A stretch of DNA of 64,000 nucleotides, taken from a virus (taxonomy: Duplodnaviria; Caudoviricetes). Of the stretch, positions 63,819 through 64,000 are shown piece after piece (position 1 is the stretch's first letter; the number at the start of each line of letters is the position of its first letter). The translations under genes and the position numbers were made by a program. The stretch covers positions 38,737-102,736 of IMG/VR virus record IMGVR_UViG_3300037751_000591; one strand, written 5' to 3'. Under the pieces are notes generated by a model. That model was not told the origin of the DNA. It did no database searches and saw only the letters and a program-made list of their open reading frames with translations.

Positions 63819-64000
63819 CATAGTCACCAAGGCTCTCTCACCCCCCCCCCTCCGCCTCGCCTGATCCACTCGGACGGGTGACGTTATTTCCATTCCCCCT
63901 GTCCCCCGCCTGCCGCTACCGACGCCTGCCCCCGCAGGGCAGCCCGCCCAAACAGAGATCGAAAACTAGGCCGGCGGCAGCATGCGGTCGAGAACCCGTG

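Noticed and set aside
63819-64000. C-rich tract and small hairpins at the window end
   Set aside because: Low complexity and truncated context; no supportable feature.
1-64000. tRNA/rRNA genes, integrase, terminase, portal, alternative genetic code
   Set aside because: None recognised. ORFs tile densely under the standard code, and packaging genes probably lie upstream of the window.

Overview
This window is about 64 kb of a GC-rich tailed-phage (siphovirus-like) genome or prophage; the host cannot be determined, and a Chloroflexota-like host is only a guess. Left to right: (1) 1-14.6 kb, a block of polyvalent effector polyproteins (the first ORF is already open at base 1 and runs more than 2,600 aa) in which predicted toxin or counter-defence domains (ADP-ribosyltransferases, 2H phosphoesterase, zincins, zeta kinase, GNAT, JAB, SAM-lyase-like) are separated by 14 copies of two His/Gly-rich peptide tags, each preceded by [VILT]-x-R; (2) 14.7-21.8 kb, head genes (ChaB/DUF6582 protein, prohead protease-scaffold, major capsid protein); (3) 21.8-36.5 kb, a glycan cluster with 8 glycosyltransferases and most of a CDP-3,6-dideoxyhexose pathway, inserted between capsid and neck genes; (4) 36.5-49.6 kb, neck and tail genes; (5) 49.6-52.8 kb, a lysis module that includes a PAS protein, followed by a promoter-driven multi-hairpin candidate ncRNA; (6) 53-59.5 kb, mostly leftward genes: LCP ligase, nuclease-LuxR fusion, PolX-like, DnaC-like, replication initiator with iterons and a structured leader, and an XRE repressor; (7) 59.5-64 kb, rightward early genes ending in a nuclease-less Nop-domain (TasA-like) gene and a 17-unit dual-repeat TIGR-type array interrupted by an inverted-repeat-flanked gene. 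All product calls come from motif recognition by eye; no database searches were run.
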